Part shown: positions 50,072-60,655 of the stretch, piece after piece
Layout: each line of letters begins with the position of its first letter
How positions within the stretch are numbered: the first letter of the stretch is position 1
Source of the DNA: Desulfuromonadales bacterium
GTDB lineage: Bacteria > Desulfobacterota > Desulfuromonadia > Desulfuromonadales > BM103
Direction of reading: 5' to 3'
Length of the DNA: 64,000 nt
NCBI GenBank assembly: GCA_032250875.1
Contig: JAVVDT010000001.1
Location: 1,700-65,699, forward strand
Program-made: the position numbers and the translations under genes
Notes under the pieces: model-generated
The model's database searches: none
Seen by the model: the letters and a program-made list of their open reading frames with translations, nothing else
Told to the model about the DNA's origin: nothing

Positions 50072-52609
50072 ATGATTGAAGCGTATCTGATGCATGAGCA
50101 AGAGCGTAATGCCCAAGGGATTCCGGCATTGCCTCTCAATCCTGAGCAAACCACGGGCCTCTGTGAGCTGCTGCAGAATCCGCCGGCCGGCAAGGAAGAG
50201 TTCCTGATGGGCCTTTTCACCGAGCGTGTTTCACCGGGTGTTGACCCTGCTGCTGAAGTCAAGGCTGCGTTTTTGGCTGAGATTCTGAAGGGCACCAAGA
50301 GCTCGCCGCTGATTGACAAGAAGAAAGCGGTGCAGATTCTCGGTACGATGATCGGTGGGTACAATGTTCAGCCACTGATCGGCGCTCTCAGCGATGCCGA
50401 GTTGGCTGATGACGCCGCTTCTGCTTTGTCCGGCCTGACCTATGTCTATGATGCCGCCCAGCAGGTGATCGAGCTGTCCAAGAGCAATGCTGCTGCAAAG
50501 AAGGTCGTTGATTCCTGGGCCAATGCCGAGTGGTTTACCAACAAGCCTGAGATCCCCGAGACGATCACCGTCAAGGTGTTCAAGGTCGAAGGGGAAATCA
50601 ATACGGACGACTTTTCCCCGGCCGGTGATGCCTGGAGTCGCCCGGACATCCCGCTGCATGCCCTGGCCATGGGCAAGACCCGCTTCCCCGGCGGGATTCA
50701 GGAAATCGCCAAGTGGCGTGAAGAAGGTCATCAGGTGGCTTTTGTCGGTGACGTTGTCGGGACCGGCTCTTCCCGAAAATCGGCCTGTAACAGTGTGCTC
50801 TGGTACATTGGTGATGATATCCCGGCGGTACCGAACAAGCGTCGTGGTGGTGTGATCATCGGTGGTGTTATCGCCCCGATCTTCTTCAACACGGCACAGG
50901 ATTCCGGTGCCCTGCCGTTGCGTATGGACGTTGCCAACCTCAACATGGGTGACGTGATCACTATCAACACCGCCAAGGGTGAAGTGACCAAGGACGGTGA
51001 GGTGGTTTCAACCTTTGATATCAAGCCGAATACTGTTCCCGACGAATATCGTGCCGGTGGTCGTATCCCGTTGATCATCGGTCGCTCGGTGACCACGGCT
51101 GCCCGCGAGGCACTCGGTATGGCAGAAGCTGAAATTTTTGCCCAGCCGGACAACCCGACCCCGAAAGCCGGTCAGGGCTATACCCAGGCCCAGAAGATGG
51201 TTGGCAAAGCCTGCGGTGTAGAAGGTGTGTTGCCTGGTACGGCCTGTGAGCCACTGATGACGACTGTTGGATCCCAGGATACCACCGGGCCGATGACAGC
51301 TGACGAAATCAAGGAACTGGCCTGCCTCAAGTTCCAGTCACCGATGTTCATGCAGTCTTTCTGTCACACTGCGGCTTATCCGAAGCCTGCTGACGTCAAG
51401 ATGCACGCTGCCCTGCCGGCATTCATTGCCGAGCGCGAAGGTGTTGCCCTGCGTCCCGGTGACGGTGTTATTCACAGCTGGCTGAACCGCCTGCTGGTGC
51501 CCGACACAGTCGGCACCGGTGGTGATTCCCACACCCGCTTCCCGATCGGTATCAGCTTCCCGGCCGGTTCTGGCCTGGTCGCCTTCGGTGGCGCCATGGG
51601 CTTCATGCCGCTGGACATGCCTGAGTCGGTGCTGGTCCGCTTCAAAGGTGAATTCAACGAAGGGATCACCCTGCGTGATGCCGTCAACGCCATTCCTTAC
51701 TATGCCATCAAACAAGGCCTGCTGACCGTTCCGAAGAAGAACAAGGTCAACATCTTCAACGGCCGCATCCTCGAGATGGAAGGTCTGCCAAGCCTGTCGG
51801 TCGAGCAGGCGTTCGAGCTCACTGATGCTGCTGCCGAGCGTTCCGCAGCTGCCGGCTGCATCCAGCTTTCCGAAGAGTCGGTGTGCACCTACCTGCGCTC
51901 CAACATCGCCCTGATGGAGAAGATGATTAAAGACGGCTACCAGCATCCGGGTACGCTGCGCAAGCGCATCGAAGCCGTTCAGGAGTGGCTCAAGGATCCG
52001 AAGCTGCTCAAGGCCGATGCCAACGCCGAGTACGCTGCGGTCATCGAAATTGACCTGGCCGAGATCACCGAACCGATCCTGGCCTGCCCGAATGATCCCG
52101 ATGACGTCAAGCTGCTCTCCGAGGTTCAAGGGACCCCGATCCAGGACGTTTTCCTCGGTTCCTGCATGACCAACATCGGCCACTTCCGTGCCGCCGCCGA
52201 GATCTGGCGCGGCCAGAAGTTCAACCCGGCTGTACGCACCTGGATCTGCCCGCCGACCCGCATGGACCAGGACAAGCTCAAGGAGGAGGCGACCTTCGCC
52301 GTCTACAGTGCCATGGGCGCCCGTCTTGAGATTGCCGGTTGTTCCCTCTGTATGGGCAACCAGGCCCGTGTACCCGACGGGGTGAACATGTTCTCCACCT
52401 CGACCCGTAACTTCGACGACCGTATCGGTAATGGCGCCAAGGTTTACCTCGGTTCCGCCGAACTGGGTGCCGTGACCACCAACCTTGGCAAACTGCCGAC
52501 TCCGGCCGAATACCTGGCCGAATACAAGGAGAAGATTGCGCCGAAGAAGGATGCGATCTATCAGTACCTGCAGTTCGACGAGATGGACGGGTACAAGAAG
52601 ACGGCTTGA
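50072..52609 (+). CDS. acnB: Aconitate hydratase B
   Basis: HEAT-like N-terminus, WSRPDIPLHA, GTGSSRKSA, SQDTTGPMT, GSCMTNIGH and GCSLCMGNQARV. Confidence 0.96.
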   Translation: MIEAYLMHEQERNAQGIPALPLNPEQTTGLCELLQNPPAGKEEFLMGLFTERVSPGVDPAAEVKAAFLAEILKGTKSSPLIDKKKAVQILGTMIGGYNVQPLIGALSDAELADDAASALSGLTYVYDAAQQVIELSKSNAAAKKVVDSWANAEWFTNKPEIPETITVKVFKVEGEINTDDFSPAGDAWSRPDIPLHALAMGKTRFPGGIQEIAKWREEGHQVAFVGDVVGTGSSRKSACNSVLWYIGDDIPAVPNKRRGGVIIGGVIAPIFFNTAQDSGALPLRMDVANLNMGDVITINTAKGEVTKDGEVVSTFDIKPNTVPDEYRAGGRIPLIIGRSVTTAAREALGMAEAEIFAQPDNPTPKAGQGYTQAQKMVGKACGVEGVLPGTACEPLMTTVGSQDTTGPMTADEIKELACLKFQSPMFMQSFCHTAAYPKPADVKMHAALPAFIAEREGVALRPGDGVIHSWLNRLLVPDTVGTGGDSHTRFPIGISFPAGSGLVAFGGAMGFMPLDMPESVLVRFKGEFNEGITLRDAVNAIPYYAIKQGLLTVPKKNKVNIFNGRILEMEGLPSLSVEQAFELTDAAAERSAAAGCIQLSEESVCTYLRSNIALMEKMIKDGYQHPGTLRKRIEAVQEWLKDPKLLKADANAEYAAVIEIDLAEITEPILACPNDPDDVKLLSEVQGTPIQDVFLGSCMTNIGHFRAAAEIWRGQKFNPAVRTWICPPTRMDQDKLKEEATFAVYSAMGARLEIAGCSLCMGNQARVPDGVNMFSTSTRNFDDRIGNGAKVYLGSAELGAVTTNLGKLPTPAEYLAEYKEKIAPKKDAIYQYLQFDEMDGYKKTA

Positions 52610-52634
52610 ATTAGAGATAGGTGAAATGTAAATG

Positions 52635-52665
52635 AAGGCCGCGCCGCAAGGTGCGGCCTTTTTTT
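52635..52665 (+). terminator. Intrinsic terminator after acnB
   Basis: AAGGCCGCGCC-gcaa-GGTGCGGCCTT followed by a T-run. Confidence 0.85.
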
Positions 52666-52848
52666 AAGATTCGAAGGAGAAACGCGAAAAATTTTCAGAG
52701 AAAAATATACATTTATTCTCTTCTCAGTTCCTTACATTAAATTTCCTTGCACCTCACACCTATCAACGTTAAATTAATACAGTAGTTGCTCCCCTGTAAT
52801 TTTCGCAACCTGGAATCCTCTTACATCGCCTTTAGCAAGGATTTTCAG

Positions 52849-54288
52849 ATGTCCGACGAAAATATCCTCTTCCAGCCCATCAAGAAATTCTGTCGTCGCA
52901 ATGTTGCGACCTGCGCCCCAGTCGACACGGTTCTGCAAGTCGCTGGCACCATGCGCGAATTGAATATCTCGAGCATGATCATTTGCGAAGAGAATAACCC
53001 GATTGGCATCCTGACTGACCGCGATTTGCGCAATAAGGTGGTCGCCGAGGGGATTGACCCCGCGACCATGCCTGTCAGCGAGATCATGAACGCACCGCTC
53101 ATCACGGTCAACGAAGATGATTTTATTTTCGAGGCGCTCTACCGGATTTCCAAGAATGGCATCCACCGGATTTGCGTGATCGACCAGGACAATCGATTGA
53201 CCGGCATCATCACGGTTAGCGACATCATGCGACTGCAGACCCATTCCCCCCAGAAACTGGTGCGGGATATCGACCGGGCGGAGACTCTTGAAGAGTTGAA
53301 GTCTTATCACGTAGAGATCCAGGACCTGGTGCTACACCTGGTCAGCACCGGGGTGCCGCCCCGTGAGTTGGTACGCATGATTGCGCTGCTTAATGATCAG
53401 TTGCTTCTGCGCCTGATAGACCTGTTGCGGGCAGGCCAGTTTAAAAATCTCACTGACAGGTTTGCATTCATCGTGCTGGGCAGTGAGGGCCGGCGGGAAC
53501 AGACACTGACTACCGATCAGGACAATGCGATTATCTATGCCGATGACCTTGCCGAGAAGGATATTGCCGAGATCGAGGCTTTTTCTGAAAAGCTGATTGA
53601 AGGGCTGATAGAAATCGGCGTGCCGCCGTGTCCCGGCGGCATCATGGCCAAAAACGCATTCTGGAGGCGCAGCTACAGCGGCTGGGTTTCCGCGTTGCAG
53701 GAATGGCTGACCAACCCGCAGCCGAACAACATCCTCAATGGCAGCATGTTTTTTGACCTGCGCACGATTTACGGTGATTTGAGCCTGGAAAAAGGCTTGA
53801 AGAAGATGCTCATTGGGCATTTCCAGGAAGAAAAAATGTTCCTCACCCGCTCGGCTGCCAACGTCAATCGTTTCCGCCCGCCGCTGGGAATGTTCGGCGG
53901 GATTAAGGTGGCGCATGATGACGAGCATCGCGGTCAGATCGATGTCAAAAAAGCGGGCATCTTTGCCATTACCGAGGGGATCAAGGCGCTGGCAATGGAA
54001 GCAGGGGTCATGGAGGGTGGAACCCGTGAACGAATTCAGAGCCTTGTCGAGAAGCAGGTTTTAACGGCCAAACTGGCCGATGACCTGGAGGCTAGCTACA
54101 ATTTCCTGGTTTTCCTACGGCTGCGCTGCCAGGTTGAGGATGTACGAGCCGGCAAGAATCCGAGCAACTACATCACCTTGGCCAAGCTTAATCACATGGA
54201 AAAAGGACGCTTAAAGATTGCTTTTGAAGAAATCAACGAATTTCATGAATTCCTGAGGGTCCATTTCCGTGTTCACCTGCTGCGCTAA
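52849..54288 (+). CDS. CBS-pair + DUF294 putative nucleotidyltransferase signal-transduction protein
   Basis: GILTDRDLR CBS pair; LGSEGRREQTLTTDQDNA, CPGGIMAKN, FFDLR and IDVKKAG. Confidence 0.87.
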   Translation: MSDENILFQPIKKFCRRNVATCAPVDTVLQVAGTMRELNISSMIICEENNPIGILTDRDLRNKVVAEGIDPATMPVSEIMNAPLITVNEDDFIFEALYRISKNGIHRICVIDQDNRLTGIITVSDIMRLQTHSPQKLVRDIDRAETLEELKSYHVEIQDLVLHLVSTGVPPRELVRMIALLNDQLLLRLIDLLRAGQFKNLTDRFAFIVLGSEGRREQTLTTDQDNAIIYADDLAEKDIAEIEAFSEKLIEGLIEIGVPPCPGGIMAKNAFWRRSYSGWVSALQEWLTNPQPNNILNGSMFFDLRTIYGDLSLEKGLKKMLIGHFQEEKMFLTRSAANVNRFRPPLGMFGGIKVAHDDEHRGQIDVKKAGIFAITEGIKALAMEAGVMEGGTRERIQSLVEKQVLTAKLADDLEASYNFLVFLRLRCQVEDVRAGKNPSNYITLAKLNHMEKGRLKIAFEEINEFHEFLRVHFRVHLLR

Positions 54289-54976
54289 ATTCCTGTCCAA
54301 GGCCCTTGTCGGCTGCTTCCTGATCAGTCTCTTTTTCATTTCCGGATGTCGTAACCCCATCGACACCAGTGCATTGAATTCCCTGGCCAAAACAGATGTC
54401 GATATGATGGCGGATACCAGCCTGCGTGAGATGAATCGTCTCATGGAAGAGTTGTTGGTCAAACTGTACAAGCGCAATCCGCGCGAGCTGGACAAGCGCC
54501 CGGGCCTGTCGATCGGTCAACGTCAGAACCAGATTTTTGATACCCAGGGGAGGCTGATTTTTGCCGAACTCAATAACAGACAGGGAACCGATGCTCTCAA
54601 TCTCGCCTTTGATCCGGGCTACCAGGGAGATCGCGTTTTTGCCCTGATGACAGGCCTGGTCGGGATGGTGCGCAGCTCTTACAATTGGCAGGTCGAGCAG
54701 TTCATGTTCGATTCCCTGGATCAGCAGAAGCTCTTTAATTCGGCCCGTAACATAGAAACCCTTGCCTGGCGACTCAGCAACTCCAGGGATGATGCCAGTA
54801 AACTGCTGCTGTTATCCAACAGCCAACCGGGTGAAGAAGAGAATTTGAGTTACGAACGCCTGTTCGGAAAGATGATCTCTATCCAGGACATGATGTCGTT
54901 CATCATTGCCGGCAAGTGGGAGAGGGGCGTCAGCAGTGCAATCAAAAGGGCGGTTTTCCTGCCGATGGGAATGTAG
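54269..54976 (+). CDS. Hypothetical lipoprotein
   Basis: Hydrophobic N-terminus with ISGC lipobox; start uncertain. Confidence 0.65.
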   Translation: MFTCCAKFLSKALVGCFLISLFFISGCRNPIDTSALNSLAKTDVDMMADTSLREMNRLMEELLVKLYKRNPRELDKRPGLSIGQRQNQIFDTQGRLIFAELNNRQGTDALNLAFDPGYQGDRVFALMTGLVGMVRSSYNWQVEQFMFDSLDQQKLFNSARNIETLAWRLSNSRDDASKLLLLSNSQPGEEENLSYERLFGKMISIQDMMSFIIAGKWERGVSSAIKRAVFLPMGM

Positions 54977-55011
54977 CGAAGGAAGTTTTTTGCTGATGAT
55001 TAACTGTTAAG

Positions 55012-55041
55012 AGGGGGACACGATTCAGATCATGTCCCCCT
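55012..55041. terminator. Hairpin between convergent genes
   Basis: AGGGGGACA...TGTCCCCCT. Confidence 0.55.
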
Positions 55042-55049
55042 TGTATGTT

Positions 55050-55973
55050 CTATTCGTAGTCAATTTGCATCTGGCTTCCCTGTTGCGGTTTTTGATTGAA
55101 GCCGCTCGCCATTCCCCAGAAGGAGATTATTTTAAGGAGCAGCTTGGCAGCCGTCATCTCCGAAACACGGCTGGATTCCGGCACCATCTCGACCAGGTCC
55201 ACGCCGCGCAGGTCGATGGTTTTCCGTGAGAAGAGTGATTCGAGCAGCTCAATCATCTGGTACCAGAAGAAGCCACCCGGCTGAGGGGTGCCGACACCGG
55301 GAACCACGGCCGGGTTGAACACGTCCATGTCAATGGAGAGATAAACAGGCCCCTCCAGGGAGTTGATTCTCTGCAGAAACGATTCCCACTGCCCCTTGCC
55401 GCGCAGGTCCCAGTCGAGGAAGAGCGAAATGCGAGGTTCTTTTTCGATCCGTTCCACTTCACCCTCAAACAGGGAGCGTATCCCCGCCATGATGATCTTG
55501 TGCCCCTGGTCAAGCAGGCGGTTGACCGGGCAGGCGTGGCTGTAACCGCTTCCTTCGTAGCTGGTGCGCATGTCGGCATGGGCGTCGAGGAAGATGACCG
55601 TCCCCGGCTCGGTCATGCGCGCTTCAACCAGCGATGGTGTGAGAGAATGCTCACCGCCAAGACCGATAAACAGGTTGCCTTTCGGCAGGGCTTTGACATG
55701 ATCCGTCAAGGCCCTATGCAAGTCCGCGTCACTCAAGCTGCTGTCATCTGCGAACTCCGGCAGAATGCTGAGCAGCAAATGCTTGAAAGGTGACCAGCCG
55801 GCATCTTCCTCATAGAATTCAAGCTGTACCGAAGTTTCGATGATCGCTCGTGGTGCTTCTGCCGTGCCCGGTTTGAAGGAAACGGTCCTTTCCAGTGGAA
55901 TCGGCAGGATGAGAACATCGGCCTTGTCGACCGGGGCATTGGGCATTTCGAGAAACTGTAATGGGTCTGTCAT
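55050..55973 (-). CDS. speB: Agmatinase (ureohydrolase family)
   Basis: GGEHS, DAHAD, SHA, SIDMDVFNP and GTPQPGG. Confidence 0.85.
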   Translation of the reverse strand: MTDPLQFLEMPNAPVDKADVLILPIPLERTVSFKPGTAEAPRAIIETSVQLEFYEEDAGWSPFKHLLLSILPEFADDSSLSDADLHRALTDHVKALPKGNLFIGLGGEHSLTPSLVEARMTEPGTVIFLDAHADMRTSYEGSGYSHACPVNRLLDQGHKIIMAGIRSLFEGEVERIEKEPRISLFLDWDLRGKGQWESFLQRINSLEGPVYLSIDMDVFNPAVVPGVGTPQPGGFFWYQMIELLESLFSRKTIDLRGVDLVEMVPESSRVSEMTAAKLLLKIISFWGMASGFNQKPQQGSQMQIDYE

Positions 55974-56049
55974 CGTTTGGTCCCTTGCATAATTTATTGC
56001 TCGCCGCAGGATACTTTAGAGAGCCGCTGTGCACTAGCAAATTTTGATG

Positions 56050-57357
56050 TCAGGCGTTGGCTGCCAACTCCTCGGCAACTGCTGTCGTCATCGCAGAGAG
56101 CAATGTGTCCAGCTCGAGTTGGCTGATGATGAATGGGGGCATCACGTAAACCAGTTTGCCGAACGGCCTTATCCAGACACCCCTGTCAATGAAACGACGG
56201 GTGATCGACTCCATCTTGACGGGTTCTGCCAGCTCTAGAACACCGATGCCGCCCATGTAGCGTACCTGTGCAACGCCATCCCAGGCTTGGCAAGGGCGAA
56301 GATGCTTGGCAAAGGCCAGTTCCATGCGATGGATCTGCTCTTGCCAGGGGCTTGCCAATAACAGGTCGATGCTGGCGTTGGCAATGGCGCATGCTAAAGG
56401 GTTGGCCATAAAAGTCGGTCCGTGCATGAACGCTTTGGGGGGATGGGTTGAAATGGTGTGGCTAACTTCTTCTGTGGTCAACACCGCTGCCATAGTCATG
56501 TAACCGCCGGTGAGTGCCTTGCCAAGACACATGATGTCGGGCGCGATACCGGCGTGTTCACAGGCAAAGAGCTTGCCGGTGCGCCCGAAGCCAGTGGCGA
56601 TCTCGTCGGCGATCAACAGGACATCGTGTTGATCACACAATGTCCTGACCCGGCGCAGGTATTCCGGAGCATAAAAACGCATGCCGCCGGCCCCCTGGAC
56701 AATCGGCTCAAGGATGACCGCGGCGATTTCATCGTGGTGGGCTTCGATCTGGGCGCGGAAGCTGTCGATCTCCCCATCCTGCCAATGCTCATCATTGGCT
56801 ATGGTCGGGGCATCGGCAAAGAAATGTTTGGTGAGGATGTTGGTGAACAGGTGGTGCATCCCTGTGTCCGGATCACACACGGCCATGGCGCCGGTCGTGT
56901 CACCATGGTAGCCGCGTCGGATCGTCAGCATGCGTTGCTTGCTGCTGCGCCCCTTTGCTTGCCAGTACTGGATGGCCATCTTGATGGCCACCTCCACGCT
57001 GACAGAGCCGGAATCACAGAAAAAAACCCGCTGCAGCGGCTCGGGAGTGATTTCCACCAGGCGTGCCGCCAGTTCCGCTGCCGGCCGGTGGGTCAATCCG
57101 CCGAACATGACATGAGACATGTTGTCCAGCTGGTCTTTGGCGGCTTTGTTGAGGACCGGGTTATTGTAGCCGTGGATGACTGACCACCAGGATGACATTC
57201 CGTCAATCAGCGTGCGTCCGTCTTCGAGTGTCAGGGTGACTCCGACGGCGGATTTGACCGGATAGGGGGTGAGGACCCCATCGACGGGAGCGTACGGGTG
57301 CCAGACGTGTGATTTTTCAAAGTCCAGCCAGTTGTTGTCACTCAGATAGTTTGTCAT
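56050..57357 (-). CDS. bioA: Adenosylmethionine-8-amino-7-oxononanoate transaminase
   Basis: WHPY, DGMSSWW, YHGDT, DEIATGFGRTG, GKALTGG and HGPTFMANP. Confidence 0.94.
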   Translation of the reverse strand: MTNYLSDNNWLDFEKSHVWHPYAPVDGVLTPYPVKSAVGVTLTLEDGRTLIDGMSSWWSVIHGYNNPVLNKAAKDQLDNMSHVMFGGLTHRPAAELAARLVEITPEPLQRVFFCDSGSVSVEVAIKMAIQYWQAKGRSSKQRMLTIRRGYHGDTTGAMAVCDPDTGMHHLFTNILTKHFFADAPTIANDEHWQDGEIDSFRAQIEAHHDEIAAVILEPIVQGAGGMRFYAPEYLRRVRTLCDQHDVLLIADEIATGFGRTGKLFACEHAGIAPDIMCLGKALTGGYMTMAAVLTTEEVSHTISTHPPKAFMHGPTFMANPLACAIANASIDLLLASPWQEQIHRMELAFAKHLRPCQAWDGVAQVRYMGGIGVLELAEPVKMESITRRFIDRGVWIRPFGKLVYVMPPFIISQLELDTLLSAMTTAVAEELAANA

Positions 57358-57469
57358 GTCAATTCAGCTGTTTCGGGCCTTGTGGACAGTATTCATAAAG
57401 TTGGCTTTAAGTGCCCTGTCCCCATAAATAACCGATATCCTAGCTGAAAAAGGAATGTTGAACAAGCGG

Positions 57470-58120
57470 TCAATCACGATGGTTGGCCCTGTTTTTCGCT
57501 TCACGCAAATCCTTCCTCGGTAAAAACCTGTGACGCAGCCAGGCCACCACCAGGGTGACTGCAATGGCCAGGGCAATCAACAGGCCCAGTCGTCCGGCCA
57601 GAGTCTCCGCCTGCTCCCAACTGGTCCCGCCGAGAAAGCCGATTCCCGGATAGCTGATCCCCCAGAGAATGCCACTGATGCTGGCATAGCCTGCAAATGT
57701 GCCGGGTCGCATCTGGCTGGCTCCCGCCACAAAGGGGACCAGGCCACGAATCGGGCCCAAGAATCGGCCGAGGAAGACGCTTTTGCCGCCGTGTTCCAGG
57801 AAGAATATCTCTGTCAGCCGTATTAAGCCCTCGCGTTTTTTGAGCAGCTTCGATTGCCATAGGTGAATACCGAAATGTGCTCCCAGCCAGTAACTGATGA
57901 TGTCACCGACAATCGCTCCCAGTGCGGCGGCAAGGATAATCATGAAAATCGGCCCTTTGCCTTGATAGGCTAACCAGCCGCTGAAAACGGTGAGTACACT
58001 GCCGGGCATGAGCAGACCGATGCCGACCAGGGCTTCAAGAAAGGCAACGACGAAAACGGCCGTGATAAACAGCCCTCCTTCAGGCAAAAGATTGAAGATG
58101 TCAATCAGCCACTTTTCCAT
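57470..58120 (-). CDS. DedA-family membrane protein
   Basis: FLE...GLLMPG, GDIISYWLG and GGKSVFLGRFLGPIR. Confidence 0.88.
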   Translation of the reverse strand: MEKWLIDIFNLLPEGGLFITAVFVVAFLEALVGIGLLMPGSVLTVFSGWLAYQGKGPIFMIILAAALGAIVGDIISYWLGAHFGIHLWQSKLLKKREGLIRLTEIFFLEHGGKSVFLGRFLGPIRGLVPFVAGASQMRPGTFAGYASISGILWGISYPGIGFLGGTSWEQAETLAGRLGLLIALAIAVTLVVAWLRHRFLPRKDLREAKNRANHRD

Positions 58121-58149
58121 GGCACCTCGATTAAGCTGTAACGGGCCGC

Positions 58150-58689
58150 CTAGGCCGTGAAACGGTTATGCCAATCGTTAAAAATTTCGACCTTGTATGC
58201 ACCGTGTCTTGCCAGCGATGTGCGCACCATGTCAGCCGTTCGCTGCCCTTTTTGAGTTTTTGAATAGAAAAGATCGGCATAGGCCACAATCATCTCCTCC
58301 AGTGATTGCGGGCGCATATCACGTAATGGCAATGGCAAGTCCTGGGCCTTGATGTCGGCGATGCTCAACCCGACACCGATATGCCTTTCACAGACCAGGG
58401 CATGACGTGGCAAGCCTTCCCTGTCCAGCAGTTCAGCACCGATTATGCCGTGAGCGATGTAGGGTCGGTCACCTCCACAACACAACTTCGGGGTGTCGGT
58501 GAAAAGCATGCCGATATCGTGCAGAAGTGCTGCCTGCCGGACAAATTCTGTGTCAACAGGCGTTGATTTTGAAACATGTTCGGCAACGGAAACCGCCAGC
58601 CTGGCGACCAGTTTGCTGTGGGCGACCAGGATTTTTTTTGCCTCCTCGTGTCCGGCATAATATTTATCGATAAGGGCAAGAACCTGCAT
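58150..58689 (-). CDS. HDIG-domain metal-dependent phosphohydrolase
   Basis: HS...ALLHDIG...HG...CERH...YAD. Confidence 0.85.
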   Translation of the reverse strand: MQVLALIDKYYAGHEEAKKILVAHSKLVARLAVSVAEHVSKSTPVDTEFVRQAALLHDIGMLFTDTPKLCCGGDRPYIAHGIIGAELLDREGLPRHALVCERHIGVGLSIADIKAQDLPLPLRDMRPQSLEEMIVAYADLFYSKTQKGQRTADMVRTSLARHGAYKVEIFNDWHNRFTA

Positions 58690-58724
58690 GTCTGTGTTGA
58701 TCTCTTTAAGTGTTTATTTGAGGA

Positions 58725-59252
58725 TTACAGTTTTTGGAACGACTGACTGACGCGTACCATGATTCCGGTATAAGAATCCATGGTATCTGGTGGCGTCGTA
58801 AGCATCAATTGATAGATGCGCTTCCCTTTCTGGAGCAGGTAAGCCTCGATATCTTGGTTCGCCGTCCGGCCAGTCAGATGCAGAACAAGGTCATGCTGGT
58901 CTTCTAGTTCCTCTTCCAGCGTGATCTCCAGCCCTTCCAAAGCAGATATGAACAAGGTAAGAGAATCCTCTTTTGATGGAACTTCATCGAGAACTTGCGA
59001 GACGATCCGGAGCATGATGTTGTCATTATCCTGGGGTGTCCAACGCACCTCGCCGTTGCTGCTGCCGTAGGCAACCCGGCGGTCCTTGCTCCAGTCGAGA
59101 GGGTACTCCATGGCGAATTCCAGTACGGCATCGATGTGCATGCCCACTTTCATTGTCGGCCCGGATTTGTCCTGGGCTGCGCAGGCTTGCAGCAGCAAGA
59201 TCATGATGACCAGGATCATTCGATAAAAATGTGACAAGTTCAGGTGGCTCAT
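58725..59252 (-). CDS. Hypothetical lipoprotein (PsbP-like fold possible)
   Basis: LQAC lipobox; FAMEYPLDW motif. Confidence 0.6.
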   Translation of the reverse strand: MSHLNLSHFYRMILVIMILLLQACAAQDKSGPTMKVGMHIDAVLEFAMEYPLDWSKDRRVAYGSSNGEVRWTPQDNDNIMLRIVSQVLDEVPSKEDSLTLFISALEGLEITLEEELEDQHDLVLHLTGRTANQDIEAYLLQKGKRIYQLMLTTPPDTMDSYTGIMVRVSQSFQKL

Positions 59253-59297
59253 GGTGTTTTCCCGGCAGCAGTGATGGTTTAATTATACACGCTCGAT

Positions 59298-60518
59298 CTA
59301 ATTCTCCAGTAGTGCCGCGGTGTGCCTGTGAAACATTTTCATGCTGATTGTGATCAAGATGACCTGGGTGAGCATGAGAACCAGGAAACAGATTGACAGC
59401 CCGGAATGATCGGCGAGCAAGCCGACGAATGGAGCTGTGATGACAAACGCCAGGCGAAAGGTGAACGACTTCAGGGACAGTATGCTGGCACGTTCGTGAC
59501 GTTCGCTTTGCTTCTGCAGGGCAAGGCGCAGAAATGGCCCCTGGATGCCGCGCATGAATGTCAGCAGGAAATAGAAGGCAAACCCCCATACCAATTGATT
59601 GAATGCCAGGCCAAGATAGCCGGCTGTGATCAACCCGAGCAGCAACAGCAACGTACCGCTTGATCCCAGGTGAAACTGCACGCGGTGACTGATCACCGAC
59701 CCTGCGGAGACGCAGAGGTTGGCTGTCGCCCAGATCGGTCCGAACCAGCTCAATGGCACCTGCATCGATTGCATATAGGGCTGAATCAGCCAGACCGGGT
59801 AAAAAGAGGTGAGCCCGAGCAGCGCTGCGAGCAGGATCGAATAGCGTAACCCGGGAGATGTCCAAAAAGCCTTGTGGGCAATTGCCAGGGCTTCACGCAG
59901 ATGCGATGTCGTTTCGCGCCTGGCGGCCGGGATTTCCTTCAGGTTGCGACACACGCCAAGGGCAGCGATCCAGATGCCGATCTGCAGGATAAAGGGCAAC
60001 AGCGGCATCCAGCCGTACAGGACGCCGGCTCCCAACGCGCCCGCGGCTTCACCGATCTGCGCCCAGGCAGTCATCTTGCCGTCGTATCTTGCATAATGCT
60101 CTTCCCGGTCGCCATGGCGCAGTGTTTCGTAGAGCAGCGCGCTGTCGGCACCACTGATGAAAGCGTAAGAGACTCCCAGTTGCAGTTCGGCAAGGAGCAC
60201 CCCGGTGAAGGTGCTGGCGAGGGTGTAGGTTGTCCAGCCGCTGATGCCAAGCAGACAGGCCAGGTTCAGGGCAAAGCGATATCCCAACCGATCACTGAGA
60301 TACCCGGACGGAAACTCCATGATCAGGGTTGCCAGAGAGAAAATCGCCTGCAAAAGCAGGATTTCAGTGAGGCTGAGGCCGATCTGGTCTTTCCAGAACA
60401 GGGTGATGATGGCCATGGGCAAAAGGGCCATTTTCAGCGCGGCAAAGGTGTTGAGGAGGGGGATGTTGTTTGAGAATATGGAATGCGGGACGCGGGATGC
60501 GGGACGCGTAAGGGTCAA
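59298..60518 (-). CDS. MFS transporter
   Basis: About 12 hydrophobic segments; EFPSGYLSDRLGYR motif A and SGADSALLYE; start uncertain. Confidence 0.87.
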   Translation of the reverse strand: MTLTRPASRVPHSIFSNNIPLLNTFAALKMALLPMAIITLFWKDQIGLSLTEILLLQAIFSLATLIMEFPSGYLSDRLGYRFALNLACLLGISGWTTYTLASTFTGVLLAELQLGVSYAFISGADSALLYETLRHGDREEHYARYDGKMTAWAQIGEAAGALGAGVLYGWMPLLPFILQIGIWIAALGVCRNLKEIPAARRETTSHLREALAIAHKAFWTSPGLRYSILLAALLGLTSFYPVWLIQPYMQSMQVPLSWFGPIWATANLCVSAGSVISHRVQFHLGSSGTLLLLLGLITAGYLGLAFNQLVWGFAFYFLLTFMRGIQGPFLRLALQKQSERHERASILSLKSFTFRLAFVITAPFVGLLADHSGLSICFLVLMLTQVILITISMKMFHRHTAALLEN

Positions 60519-60655
60519 AGGCTAATTCCTGATGCTGATTGTCAGTATAAGCATGAAATGCTTATTGGTTGCGATCCGAGATAGTTGCTTTAGAGGAAAT
60601 CTGATGAGCTTATGAGGAAAACCTCGTGTCTCGTCCCTCGATTCGCGTTCCGGTG

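Noticed and set aside
59026-59865. 279-aa minus-strand ORF
   Set aside because: Alternative frame overlapping the MFS and lipoprotein genes; no protein-like motifs
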